A stretch of 63,565 nt of DNA, counting the filler. It is 13 parts of 13 records of this genome, joined end to end, with 100 filler letters (N's around TTAATTAATTAA, not from the genome) between each part and the next. Parts side by side here need not be neighbours in the genome. Positions count along the whole stretch, not along the records: positions 22,681 to 26,918 come from SRR7504441_29296; positions 27,019 to 30,958 come from SRR7504441_29297; positions 31,059 to 34,482 come from SRR7504441_29304; 10 more parts are not named here. The stretch is one strand, 5' to 3'. The position numbers were made by a program, and so were the translations under genes. Below are positions 22,819 to 34,582 of this stretch, piece after piece. Each line of letters begins with the position of its first letter. Within the stretch, counting starts at the first letter, position 1. The notes beneath the pieces were generated by a model, which was not told the DNA's origin, made no database searches, and saw only the letters and a list, made by a program, of their open reading frames with translations.

Positions 22819-23985
22819 ATGGACTGTCAGTCGGCGCTGGAGGCCTTCGAGACCCATCCACAGGTAGCCAGCCGGACTAGCCGCGACCGACCGCCGGCCT
22901 GCAGCGGAATCCGGACGGCGAGCCCAGCGCAACCGCCCGGCACATCAAGCTGTGGTGCGCCGCTGCCGGGGGGCCCCAGACAGGCCGCAGGGGTATGAAC
23001 CCTCCGATCGCCGAGATGGACCCCGCCGCGCTGGCCAGCTGCGCCGGCTGCGAGTGCGCCGCCCGGCTGCCGGCCCGGCCAGCGAGGCGCAGGAAGCTCT
23101 CGCTGTCCACAAACCTGATCGAGAAGATCGCGCCTCTGGCCAACATGCGTGCCCCGGCACGCCGGCGCGCCTGAGGACGGGGCAGCCAAACTGCGGGTGC
23201 TGTCGCTGGCTCGGAACCAGATCAAGCGGATCGAAAACCTGGAGGGCGTGGCCGGTCACCTTGATCAGCTCTGGCTCTCTTACAACCGGCTGGACACGCT
23301 GGCGGTGTGCCGGGCTGGGGGCGGTGGGGCGAGGCTTGGGCAGGGAGTGGAGAAACTCCGGAATTTACGGGTCTTGCACGTGGCCAGGAACAACATCAAA
23401 AGGATTGACGAGCTCCGGCGGCTGGAAGCGCTGCCTCTGTTTGAAGATTTGGTGCTCACAGGTCGCGCTCACAGCGCAGGGAATGGCTGATGGCTGGCTG
23501 CAGGGAATCCGGTCTGTGATAGTTTCAGGGAGGGCCCGATGGCATACGCCAAAAGGGCGCTGCAGCTGCTACCGCACCTGAAGAAGTTAGATGGGTTGAG
23601 CGTGGAGCAATGGAGGAGTCAGATAGATCAGCATCAAGTTGCCAAGTTGAGACGACTTTTTGACCAGATTGATCTAGACAAGGTGTTGTTTCGAATAGGA
23701 TGTAGAGTGACTCCATGCAGGGCGGTACAATCACACCAGCCGAGCTGACGCGAACAATGAAGAGTGACGATCAGGTCCTTGTCGAATCATTGTGCAATGC
23801 CAATGAGGCTACAGGTTGGTAAATTGCTGAATATTGAGAAAGGAGGCGAGGAGCAACTGTTTGCAGAAATGGACAATGATGGTGCGCCGCTGAATTAGCC
23901 TGCCTTCATCACTTGTCCAGGTGGGGGTGAGATTAGTTGGGATGAGTTCTTATTGTTCTTTTCTCAGCGACTAAATCAGTTCTAG
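22819..23985 (+). CDS. DNAL1: Axonemal dynein light chain 1 (LC1/DNAL1)-like LRR protein with C-terminal EF-hand pair, about 9 introns
   Basis: Spliced: IKLWGMNPPIAEMD..KLSLSTNLIEKI..LRVLSLARNQIKRIENLEGVAGHLDQLWLSYN..GVEKLRNLRVL..LVLTGNP..LPHLKKLDG, then DLDKGGTITPAE and DNDGGGEISWDE. Confidence 0.85.
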
Positions 23986-24137
23986 CCTCGACTCGTGGGG
24001 TACGAGTAACATGATAAGAATAACATTATCTTTAGATTAGATTAAGATTTAGATGTTGTACAATAATAATTATTGTATAAGCTTAAGTACTTACGTGTCT
24101 CATGACTACAAACGTGTAACAACAGTCGGTGATTAAT

Positions 24138-25735
24138 TTACATGATCGAGCAGCATCCTTCAAGTTCGCCGGGCTGCTTAGATCTCGTATCCGCTCTTCT
24201 CCTGCGGCGGCCTTTCTCGGGCATTGGTACCGGGGAGTAGGCCGCCAGTCGAAGCATGTGAGGATCGAGCAACTTGGTCGAAGCTAGCTCGACCGCCGTG
24301 CTCGGGCCCTTTAGAGCCAGCCCGAGCGCTTGCATCCGCCAGGAGTTGTTATTCTTCCCGCCTCGGAACAGCTTACACATCACTAACGTGTTGGACTCGT
24401 GTACGTGATCCATATCATCCAATATATACCGGCACATCTCGGCCCCTCGGCTGACATCCACTAGTCTGCAAAACTCATTATCCACCTGCCTAGCCATCAA
24501 CCCCCACCCGGCAGCCCGGTGGCTACCATTCCAAAATTGAGGTCTCGGCCTGATCTGTTATAAATGTTAACAATAAAGAGCACGGTCACTACGTTCTTTC
24601 CGATCTTCCTCAAATCGAAGCTGATCTGCTCGTCATCGCCCTCGCCCTTGCCGGTCAGATTGTCGCCGTGGTGAGTCACCCCCGGGTACACTAGTTGTCC
24701 CCAGTAGCATGTATACACTACCTTGCCCGATTGGTCCAGCAGCAGCACAGATGCATCCAAATCGACCTCGTAAGGCCCTCGGGCCACATCCCAGCCAAGT
24801 CCCGCCCGGACCACCGTGGCCTCAAAGTCTATGGTCTCCCCTTTAGTCATCATGAACCGCTGCCCGGGCACATACTGCCGCTTCGGGACGATTTTAACTG
24901 CTTGTGCCAACGCTGTCAGGACCTGGTCCATCGACAGCTCCCAGTTAGTGCCCTCGGACACCACCGAGCTGGACTGGAAGCTCCAGGCCCGGCTCTGTCC
25001 ATGCGGCCGCGAGAGCACCCCGAGCACCAGCCCGTGATGTGTCCCGGAGACGGAGGCCGGCATAGACCTGCACAGCTCGGGCATCGGGCGGCCTGAGGGA
25101 TCCACTACAAACACGCGGCAGAAGGCGGCCTGAACCGCGCCGAACCCCGTCCCGGACTGATTCGTACAGATGAGCACGCAAGCCACTACCGAGGGCGGGA
25201 TCAGCTGTGGTGAGACAGTTATGACCTCGTCGTCGCCCTGCCCAAGCCCGGTCTTGTTATCGCCGCTGTGCTCGATCCCGCCGTTCAGGATCCGGGTGTT
25301 GTTGTAGAAGGCCGCGTCCACCACCTCCCCGTACGCGTCGAAGCAGACCGCCGAGGCATCTAAGTCGGTCCCCGCCCCGCTGGTTACGTCCCAGCCCACG
25401 CCCAGGCAGAATTGGGCCCCCTCAGGGATCAGCGCCTTGCTGCCGGCGGGGAGCGAACTGTACGAGGGCGGGGCCTCGGGGCCGTCCTGCTTGTCTGTGC
25501 TGGTGGGGGGCAGGAGCACCATGGTGATAGGCCCGGCCGAGCTTGGAATCCCGTATTGGCTGAGCGGCGCATGGTCCTCCAGGGCGCTACCCCCGCAGAC
25601 CAGCCGGAACTGGTCGGCAGGGGTGCCGGCGCGGGCAGCCAGGCTGAGCTTGAGCGCGAGGACGGTGGAGTCGGGCCCGGGCACCGCAGCCACGTAGCTC
25701 TCGCCGGAGAGCTTCTGTACAGCGACCTCAAGCAT
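24138..25735 (-). CDS. Ubiquitin-like + 2x TerD-domain protein ending in a CaaX motif (alternative start 25861)
   Basis: Ubl TVLALKLSLA..PADQFRLVCGGSALEDHAPLSQYGI; TerD1 GVGWD..DLDASA..HSGDNKTGLGQGDDE; TerD2 GLGWD..DLDASV..HHGDNLTGKGEGDDE; one intron near 24490-24525; C-terminus GCCSIM*. Confidence 0.88.
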
Positions 25736-25761
25736 CGGGAGGTAAGGCGGCGGGGCCGGAG

Positions 25762-25830
25762 GCTCGGTCGGGGTGGACTTCTGGGTGAGCGGCGCCTCGG
25801 TCGGGGTGGATTTCTGGGTGAGCGGCGCCT
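25762..25830. repeat. Two near-identical 33-nt tandem copies
   Basis: ctcggtcggggtgga[c/t]ttctgggtgagcggcgc twice; reads APLTQKSTPTE x2 on the minus strand. Confidence 0.85.
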
Positions 25831-26053
25831 GCGCGGCACAGCTTTGGGTCAGCAGCCGCATGTGATCAATCAAAACTGACCGGGTTTAGCTGCGTGGCGG
25901 ACTTAGCTGCGTGCCGCCACACTAGTGCCGTCTGGACGATTTGGTTGTTTGAGAGCTCCCCCAAAAAGCCGTTATAGATCTACCGTTACCGGCTGTGCTC
26001 AGCGGGTCAAGGGGCCAGTCTCAGCGGGCAGTGGCCGCAGCGGGGGGGTTGTG

Positions 26054-26918
26054 ATGCCGCAGTGGGGGGGGCTCGGGCCGAAGGACCAGCAACGGGTGCA
26101 GAAGCTGTTCGAGCTGATCGACGCCGACAAGGACGGCCTGATACGATACCAGGAGGTGCGGGCCGCCAACGGCGGCGACCCCGACGGGACTATGGAAAAG
26201 ATGTTTGGAAAGGCGCCGGCCGGTTGTCGGGCGGGCCGAGCGGCCGGGCAGCTGGACCGGAACAAGGATGGCTCCACCTCGATGGAGGAGTGGATCAAGT
26301 GCGGCGGCTCTGGGCCGGCTGGCGAGTGGTTCGGCCCAGGTTTTGGGTGGCCCTGCACAAGCACAAAGGCGATAAGCCCTTCACCAAGTTCCTCAAGGCG
26401 CTCGCCGCCGCCGCCATGGCCAACAACCCGCCGGTGCGCCTGCGCCTGGGCCCCGGCTGACTGTGCGGCAGGCGCCTGCCGAGGTGTCTGGGCAGTCGGC
26501 GGAGCTTGCGGAGGAGGTGCGGAGGGTGTGGGAGGGGGCCGACGGCTGGCAGGTGGTGGGGCTGGCGGGCGAGCTGTTCGGGATGTTAGATCTGGACCAG
26601 AACGGCACTGTGAGCCTTGCCGAGTTCACAGACGCCCACGGGGAGACGCAAGGTGGCGCCGCGCGCTGCAGGGTCGGAGTGCGGGCAGGGATGTGGAGCG
26701 TGCTGGACGCGAACAAAGACGACGTGCTCGAGTTCAAGGAGCTGCTGCACGTGCTGGGGCTGATGCAGAGCCGCAAGTCTCCCGGGATTCTCACAGTCGG
26801 GCTGAAGGCCGGTCAGGGGCGAGGATTGTGTCAAGTACTACATTCGACACATGATGCTGGTTGTACGGACCAATCAGGCCGACGATCCCAAGGCACGGCT
26901 TGGGGCGTGGGGGGGGGG
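26054..26918 (+). CDS. Multi-EF-hand calcium-binding protein, 3' end uncertain or truncated
   Basis: EF loops DADKDGLIRYQE, DRNKDGSTSMEE, DLDQNGTVSLAE, DANKDDVLEFKE, separated by short introns. Confidence 0.85.
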
Positions 26919-27018
26919 NNNNNNNNNNNNNNNNNNNNNNNNNNNNNNNNNNNNNNNNNNNNTTAATTAATTAANNNNNNNNNNNNNNNNNNNNNNNNNN
27001 NNNNNNNNNNNNNNNNNN

Positions 27019-27299
27019 GGGAGGGACTGATGATGGGCCGATTCGTCCACACAGTCTGCGTGTCGGCCAGCGGGGGGGGCGCTCGGGCCGGGGGCGTCGG
27101 CCTGGACCGGGCCGGGCGCCGGCCGGGGCGGCTTTGGGGAGGTCCGGGGCGGGTTGGCCAGTACGGTTGCTTGAAGCCTGGCCATGTCCTGCACGATGGC
27201 CGACTCTGCGCGGCCAGCGAGTGCACCAACCAGCGGGGAAGTCGCCGGAGCTGGCCCGCCCGCCGCCGGCCCCACCGGCAGCGCCAATGTGGAGTCCAT
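27019..27299 (-). CDS. N-terminus of a hypothetical protein, truncated by the contig edge
   Basis: ATG at 27299 (MDSTLALPVG..), 107 bp head-to-head with Ku80; GC-rich coding-like composition. Confidence 0.35.
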
Positions 27300-27406
27300 G
27301 CTTGAGCGATGTCCACAACACCCAGCCTGCAACGGACAGCAACGGACTCAAAGGCTCAGAGCCTTTGAGCACCGGCCCGGCTGCCTACACGAACCCCGGG
27401 GCGGAG

Positions 27407-30400
27407 ATGGCACCGAAAAAAGCCCAGGACGGTGCAAGGCCCGCCCGGCGGATGGGGCCGAACGGGTAGGGGGCAGCCACGGCCCTTGTGGTGGACTTGG
27501 GGGCCGCCCCAGAGATCCGGGGGCTGATGCTCACCGCGGCGCGCAGGATGCTCGAGCAAATGGCGCGCCGGGCCGGCGGCGGGTGGCGAGCTCGGGCAGG
27601 TCTTGTTCGACCCGAAGCACCGGGTGGTGGTGGTGCTGGTCGGGCTGGCCGAGTCCGACCAGACCAACTCGATGGAATACGAGGGCGTGCACGTTGTGGG
27701 GTGGACCCCGCCCCCCGAGCACGAGGACGCCACCACCAACGTCCTCGAGGTGAGCCCGCCCCCGAGCTAAGCGACCGGAGGCGGGGGGCGCTCGCATTTA
27801 GCACGGCCGAGGTTGAGGATGCGGGCGCAGGTGCCAAAGATCAGCATGTTTCAAGAGATGAACCAGCTGGCGGCCGGGGCTGGCAGCAGGCCGGACGTTG
27901 TAGGCGGGCTGGTGGTCGGGCTGGAGCAGCTGATCGAGTGCGGTCCATCTGGGCAGGACTTACTGGTTGTGTGCAGCGGGACTGTGACTGGAAAGCCTCG
28001 GCTGGTCGTGCTGACCGACGGGGAGAACGTCCAAGACGTGGACGAGGCCACTGAGACCGGCCTTTTGGGCCAGCTGGAGCAGCTTAAGATCCAAGTAGAC
28101 GTGGTCGGGATCGACACTACGGCCGACCCTAAGAGCGAGACGCTCGAGGCAAATCTGACCATGCTGAGCAAATTCACGGAGCTCACCCACGGTACAGTCA
28201 GCACGGTGCAGGATAGACTGGCCGAGCTTGCCACGCCGGCAGTCAAGTCTGTCAACCCGACCACCAAGTTCCGCGGACCGCTCGTGTTTGGCCCGGCCGG
28301 GCAGGGAGGCGGGTGTGCGGCCGACGATGGATTGCAAGTGAATGTTTTTGCGTTTGCGCTTTCTGTGGAGAAGGTGCGCCGACCCAGCTGCATGAGGTCT
28401 GAGCTGTGTAACAGAAATTTATGTCCGCCACGCGCTTAATCGGGAAGAGTGCCATTAGTGAGGAGATTGGGACCAAGGCCACTCTCGACCGCGAGTATAT
28501 GTACCGCAGAGCTCTGGTGGCGGCCCTGATGGTTGTCTCCAGGTACAGACACCCTGAGATGGGCACAGATGAAGAGAATGCGCGGTTTGATAAAGAGGAC
28601 CTGAACCAGGCGCACAGCTACGGCCGGGAGCTTGTGCCTTTTACAGAGTTTGACCAAGGCTCTCTCAAGCTCGTACCCGACGAGAAGTCGATGCACGTGT
28701 GGGCCGCGGGCTGGTGGTTTGGCTCATACAGTGCAGGTGCTGGCACAGATCCCGCAGAGTAAGGTCCCGCGCCACATGTTTATGGGCGCACCGGATGTCA
28801 TTGTGCCGTATTGCAACAGCTCGTCAAGCAAGTCAGGTCAGCTAGTCCCCTGACACGGTTCGGTGAGCTCGGGGCCAGATCGGAACTCTTCGGTTGCAGT
28901 GTCTGCGATCGTGCAGGCCATGGAAAAGAACAAGACGGTTCGGCGCCCGCTGTCTGCTGTGAGCCGCTGGTAGGCGCTTGTGGTCAAGTGGACTCCGAGG
29001 GCAAATGCTGCTGCCCGACTGCACGTTCTGTTCCCCTGGAAGTACAACCTGCCAGCGAGCGAGTCCGATGAGGGTCGCACGGAGGGGGACGAACTGGACT
29101 GCTTCATTTGCCACCAGCTGCCGTACATGGAAGACGCTAGGACGTTCAACTTTCCAAAGGTGACGAGCTGGCGGGTGGCACTCGGTCGCACTCACTAGGC
29201 ATGCAGCCATTTCCGGAAGTGTCATCAGAGCAGGCTAGCGCGATGGACCAGCTCATCGACTCTATGGACCTCGAAGGCGACAATGCTTCGTGTGTCGTGC
29301 TCGCTGTTCTGATCAGGCGCAGGGATTGAGCCGGCGCCATTCCAGCCGAGTAAAACGTGGAACCCTTCTCTCAATGTATGCATTGCGCCCCGCCACAGCA
29401 GTCGTCTTATAATGGTCGGCAGTACCTGCATTCAGCCATTGGCGCGCGTGCTGTAGATCCGCAGTCGGAGTTTCCACCGCCCCCAGCCAACACCACTGCC
29501 ACGATGGCCAGGTGCGCCCGGCCTGAGTGGTCTCGCCTCACCATGGTGCAGCTTGCCTGCCATGATCGAGCAGTCTGCACCCGCGTGCAACACGCTCAAG
29601 CGGCTATTTCCCATGGAAGAGGCAACAAGAGCTGCGATGGCCGCTCGAGCTGAGTGTTCACAGGTGGTGGACCCCAAGCAAAGCAAGCGGCAGACCTTTG
29701 GTCAAGAGATTGCAGACGATGAAGATCTGGCTCTGCGCTTTGAGGCCATCAAAAAGGCCAAACTGGAGGTGCTGGGCACTCTAGCGGTGCTCAGCATGCG
29801 TGCAGGATGGGACTGCTCTTACAGTGGAGAGCCTCAAACCGACTGTGGATGCGGATACGCTCAAGGTGAATCAGGCCTGAGCGAGGCTGACATGGGAGGC
29901 AGATCCGCAAGGGCGATCCCGAAGCCGATTTTGACGAGATGGTTCACTGCCCACGATTTCTGTGTTGATAGTGTGGCAGATATCTCGTACTGATAGTGAC
30001 CTTTGGGAGAAGGCCACCACGCAGCTCTGTGATGTGATCTGCAAGCTTGTGCGCGAGTCTGTCAAAGACATGGACTACAAGAAGGTCTGCCGTGGCAGCC
30101 GGCGGTCAATCGAGTGGTTGGCCAGGCCTTGAGTTGCATTCGGACACTCAGGGCACGAAGCGTCACAGCTGGACGACCAGTGAGCTTCAACAGTGCACTG
30201 CACGGTCGACCTGTCCATGGCCCGTCTTGTTGAGTAATGCCTGTAGATGTACGAACTGAGTTCCAATTCAACCACCGGCGCGCTGCGTTCTGGCAACTGG
30301 TAACGCCCTGCGTGCCTGTTTGCTCAATTTTGATCCCAGGTGGTGGCTGCTGGAGTCACTCTGATTAGCTCGGAAGAGCACGCTTCGTCCACAGTCTCCC

Positions 30401-30507
30401 CCGAGGAATCTCGGGCCTTCCTTGCAAAGCAAGATACGCCTGTCGACACCTCCGCCCAGCCTGCACCTGAACAGGGCGGGGATGACCTGCTGGATGATCT
30501 CGAGTAG
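27407..30507 (+). CDS. XRCC5: Ku80 (XRCC5), intron-rich
   Basis: vWA start ATALVVDLG, LVVLTDG, AHSYGRELVPF, HMFMG, QLPYMEDARTFNF, MDQLIDSMDL, FWQLVVAAGVTLISSEE and terminal GGDDLLDDLE* (DNA-PKcs-binding-like tail). Confidence 0.9.
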
Positions 30508-31069
30508 TCTCCCACCAACTTACCTTGCCGTTCAGAATTGGCGGCCCTTGTTTCAATATTAATACGTTCTGTGGCTGTGCACAGCATTTTCTTGGACCAG
30601 ATTTGGGTGCAATAGATCACACTACATGGCATGCTCGTGTGCGAGCTAGCTTTCAAACGTTTAGAATTATCTATCTGTGATAATAATGTGATCATGTACG
30701 TATTACAAGACTGTATATACTATTGTGTGCAATAAGCTTACACGGGCTAGCTGTTCATACTCGTATTCAGTAATCTAATGCTAATTATAAGCCCACCAAG
30801 GCTCGCACAGAATGTAGCCCACCTTACTGCAGATGTGGCCGAGCAGTCAATGGGGTGAGCTGTGTGTGGATCTGTCTGAAACCGGAATGGCTCTTGCTAC
30901 TCGGGCACTAACTGATCCCAATGTATCAATGCGAGCAAAGATCCGGCTCCACGTGCTTNNNNNNNNNNNNNNNNNNNNNNNNNNNNNNNNNNNNNNNNNN
31001 NNTTAATTAATTAANNNNNNNNNNNNNNNNNNNNNNNNNNNNNNNNNNNNNNNNNNNNACTCCGCAGTC

Positions 31070-31135
31070 TTCTTGCCCCCCGATCCAGGTGGCAAGAACG
31101 GCAAGAAGATCTTCTTGCCGTCGACACTATAAAAA
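31070..31135. promoter_or_regulatory. Perfect 24-bp palindrome plus extra half-sites, just upstream of a TATA-like box
   Basis: ACGGCAAGAAGATCTTCTTGCCGT at 31098-31121; more TTCTTGCC/GGCAAGAA at 31070-31077 and 31091-31098; TATAAAAA at about 31128; ATG at 31195. Confidence 0.5.
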
Positions 31136-31194
31136 GGCTGCCTTTCCCAGATACTGTACCAGTACAGCTGTATTGTAACCGAAACTCGACAGGC

Positions 31195-32616
31195 ATGGGT
31201 AACTCGACCGGAAGCTCGGCAAAGCCGGCCACCGCCCGGGGCGACCGGTGGGTCGGCTGCGATGCCAGCCGGGTGATTGGGCGGCACCTGGCGGCCGACG
31301 ACGGCTCGGTCCGGTTCGACTGGCCGTGTTCTGGGTTGGAGCTGGCCGTGACCGGAGCCGACCGTGTGGACGTGGAGATCCAGGGCGGGGGCAGCCTCTT
31401 CCGGGTGCAGGCGGTACTCGAGGCTGGCGGCACCGAGCTGGTGCTGCCCGAGAGCGTGCTGCGCACCGGGCGGAGCCGAACCAGTTACCCGTTGGTCGAC
31501 AACTTGCTTGAGGCCACCCGGCAGCAGCTCGGGGCCGAAGCGACGGAGCCGGCCGCCGTTCGGATCACAATACTCAAACGGAACGAAGCCAAGGCGCCCC
31601 GGATAGGCCGGGACACCGCCGCGGTTACGGTGTACGGGTTCTGGCTTCAGGGCGGAGAGCCGCTTCCCCCAGCTGTTGGTCCCCGGAGAATGATTGAGGT
31701 GGTCGGCGACAGCGACTCCAACGGGTTTGGGAACGCGGGCCGGCGGACTGGACTGCACAACTATCTGTCGCTCAGTGCGACGGCGCAGGACGCCACCAGG
31801 GCCTGGCCGGCGGTGCTGGCTGAGCGGTTTGGGGCGGGGCACACCAACATCTCGTGGTCTGGGGTCGGGGTGGTTTGGAACGCGCCCTTCTGCGGGCCAG
31901 ACCAGGTGGACGGGCTCTACCCGCGGCTACTCGCCACCGGCGCTCACACTGCAGTTGACGGGTGAGTCTGTGCGGCGGGGCCGGCTGAGTGTCGGGCCAG
32001 GGAAGAAACGAAGCTCCCAGATGCCAATGTAGTCCTGATTTACCTCGGAGCCAACGATTATCTCACGCTAGGCCCCGGCGATGCCACTCCGGAGCGGGCC
32101 GCTCCAGGCTGCTTGGCTGGTTTCTCCGGCCGCACCCGTCAGCTGCAGCGGGCCGCCGAAAAGAAAGAGCAATTCGTGCGGCGATTTGCGTCTCTCCTGG
32201 TGCTAATACGGCGGCACCGACCGGCCGCTCCGGTGCTGGTGCTCAGCGCTGACGAGAGCTCGAGTGCGTGTGAGCAGAGCGTGGAGGCCCAGTTGCACTT
32301 CTCGCGCACCATGCAGCCGATGCTTGAGCAGGCTTGCGAGCAGGCGGGAGGGGAGCTGGCCGGAATATACCTGCGGACGGTGGAGACTTTGGGCGAGATA
32401 CGACTGGATGACGACCAAGACTGGGGGCTGATGGGCCACTGGAGCATAGCCGCGCATGCCAAGTGGGCCAAAGCGGTCGAACCGTTGCTTGCATCGCTGA
32501 CCGGTTGGTCTACTCTTGATGGCTATCTTGATGGTGAGGACACACCTCCAGCCGAGCCTGAATGCCAGCAATGGTTAGGCCGACTATCGGCAATAGGCCG
32601 ACTATCGTCAGTATAG
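31195..32616 (+). CDS. CE2-like SGNH/GDSL esterase, one intron near 31963-32030
   Basis: VIGR..FDWPCSG N-terminal domain; IEVVGDSDSNGFG, ISWSGVG, YLGAND, DWGLMGHW; MGNST start may be N-myristoylated. Confidence 0.85.
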
Positions 32617-32783
32617 AATAGTGAAATGGAAAGGAATGAATATTTACGCAATATTACAACTAGATTGGCTAAAGTTTTTGTAGCTTTTCTGCAGCTTTTC
32701 GTCCGCTTTTCGGTCACCGGAATTCAGAATCTCAACACGGACACACCAATTGCAAATAATTAATTGACTAGAGCCATCTGAGC

Positions 32784-34482
32784 TCATGCTTGAGCTCCGG
32801 CCGGGCCGTTCAGCAGCTCTGCGACCGCCGGGATCCGCACCGTGGCGGTGGCCTCGGGTGGCTGCCAAGGGTGGGTGTTGCTGAAGTTGCTATACCACGG
32901 AATGACCGGATTGCCGCCCTGCTGTGCAAAGAACAACGTCATCGGCCACGAAGCGCGGCCATAGCTCGATGCAGTTGCCTCGAAACCATCGGGCACAGCA
33001 GCTGCCAAAACAATCGAGGTCTGGTCAGACCCGACAGTGGCGGTTGCGTTGAAGAAGGCGGTGCTTCCGTTTGCGTACTTGCCATAGATGTAAGGGTAGC
33101 CGCAGTCGCAGGGCAGCCTCGGATATCCAAGCATCGTGACACACTCGTTGCGAGGCACTGAGCCAGCCAGGCCCAGCGTGCTTGATTGGGTGGCGGCAGC
33201 TGGAGCTGTGTCTGTAATCTTGACAGGCTGTCCACTGAGCGAGCCCTTGATCGTGATTGTGACCGTGGCTTTGCCGGCTGAAGTTGCCGCAGTGGAGCCG
33301 GCATACACCGGGAAGTCTGCGGCGGGTATGCTCTTGCCATACACTTGCACCAGCGCCTGGTTCGCCAGACGGAGCGACGGGTTTTGCTTGTCGGGCGGAT
33401 GTATATTGCTCCAATCCCCGGTATCTGCAGCACCGCATTTAGTTCATTTAGTGCACTTGGTAAACTAGCGAAAACACTTGGCAAACATACCGACTGCAGT
33501 TGAGAACCCAACATTGGGCAGCGAGAGTGCGGCCAGTTGCGCCTGGCGCAGGTCGCCCGCAGCCCAGCTGTGCGTCTGCTCGCACTGCGCGTGGCCAAAT
33601 GGGCGCGAGTAGCCGAATCCTGCAATTTGGACAAACCCAAACCACAGCTTTGGCGCCTGGAAAGCCTGGCGCCATCCGCTGATCATCGCCGGGAAGGCTT
33701 GAGCGTAATAGCCTGCGGCTCCCACATTCGATTCGCCTTGATACCAAGTGGCCCCTGTGAGCGCCATTGGGCCGACTGTGAAGGGAGCGATCATCGAGTT
33801 GTAAAGCGTGCCTGTGCCGGGCTCCCACGACTGGACAGGGGTGCCGCCCCAGTTAGAGCTGATCAGGCCGATCGGCACTTGGCCACCCAGACTGTCGTGG
33901 ATCGCCCGGCCGGTGAGGAAGCACACGGCGCTGAAGTGGTCCCACGCAGCCGCACCTAGCGTGCTCGAAGAGACTGGTTGCCATGTCTCGCGACAGGCCT
34001 TGCCGCCACCGCACGGGGCCGAGTTGTTGGCTCGGATGTTGGGCCCGTTGGCCAGCTCGGTGAACGGCTTTGAGCAGTCGGTGCGGCCTGGACCGGTCCC
34101 GCAGACCGTCTCCATTCCGACGGTGAAGAGCTTGATCCCGGCGCTGTAGGCGTCCGCGGCGGCCAGCTCGGCTGTGAGGTTGTTCATGCCGGCCATTGAG
34201 CGAGGCGTGTACTGCATGTTCGACTGGCCGGAGCAGAGGAAAACGTCGCCAAAGAGTACGTCCTTCAAAGAGGCAGAGCCCTGGTCCGACGAGGCGAAGC
34301 TGAGTGTTGTGGGGGTAATGCTCGCCTGCTGCGCTGGGAGGCTCTGCCGCCAGACGCCATCGGCGCCGACCTTGACGCCCGGAGCGAGCGGCTTCCCGGC
34401 CATGCTGGTTGTGACGGTGGCACCTGGGGTGCCGGTGCCCCAGACCACCGCCGAGGCCGGGGCCCGCTGGAGGACCATCCCG
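32784..34482 (-). CDS. Sialate O-acetylesterase (SASA-domain) family protein, 5' truncated, one intron near 33430-33490
   Basis: MVLQRAP..VWG, VLFGDVFLCSGQSNM, PIGLISSNWGGT, LYNSMIAP, WYQGESN, FVQIA, LRQAQ, DTGDWSNIHPPDKQ. Confidence 0.92.
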
Positions 34483-34582
34483 NNNNNNNNNNNNNNNNNN
34501 NNNNNNNNNNNNNNNNNNNNNNNNNNTTAATTAATTAANNNNNNNNNNNNNNNNNNNNNNNNNNNNNNNNNNNNNNNNNNNN

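Noticed and set aside
25880-25920. TTAGCTGCGTG x2 resembling a tRNA A-box
   Set aside because: No T-loop (GTTCRA) or cloverleaf; just a short direct repeat.
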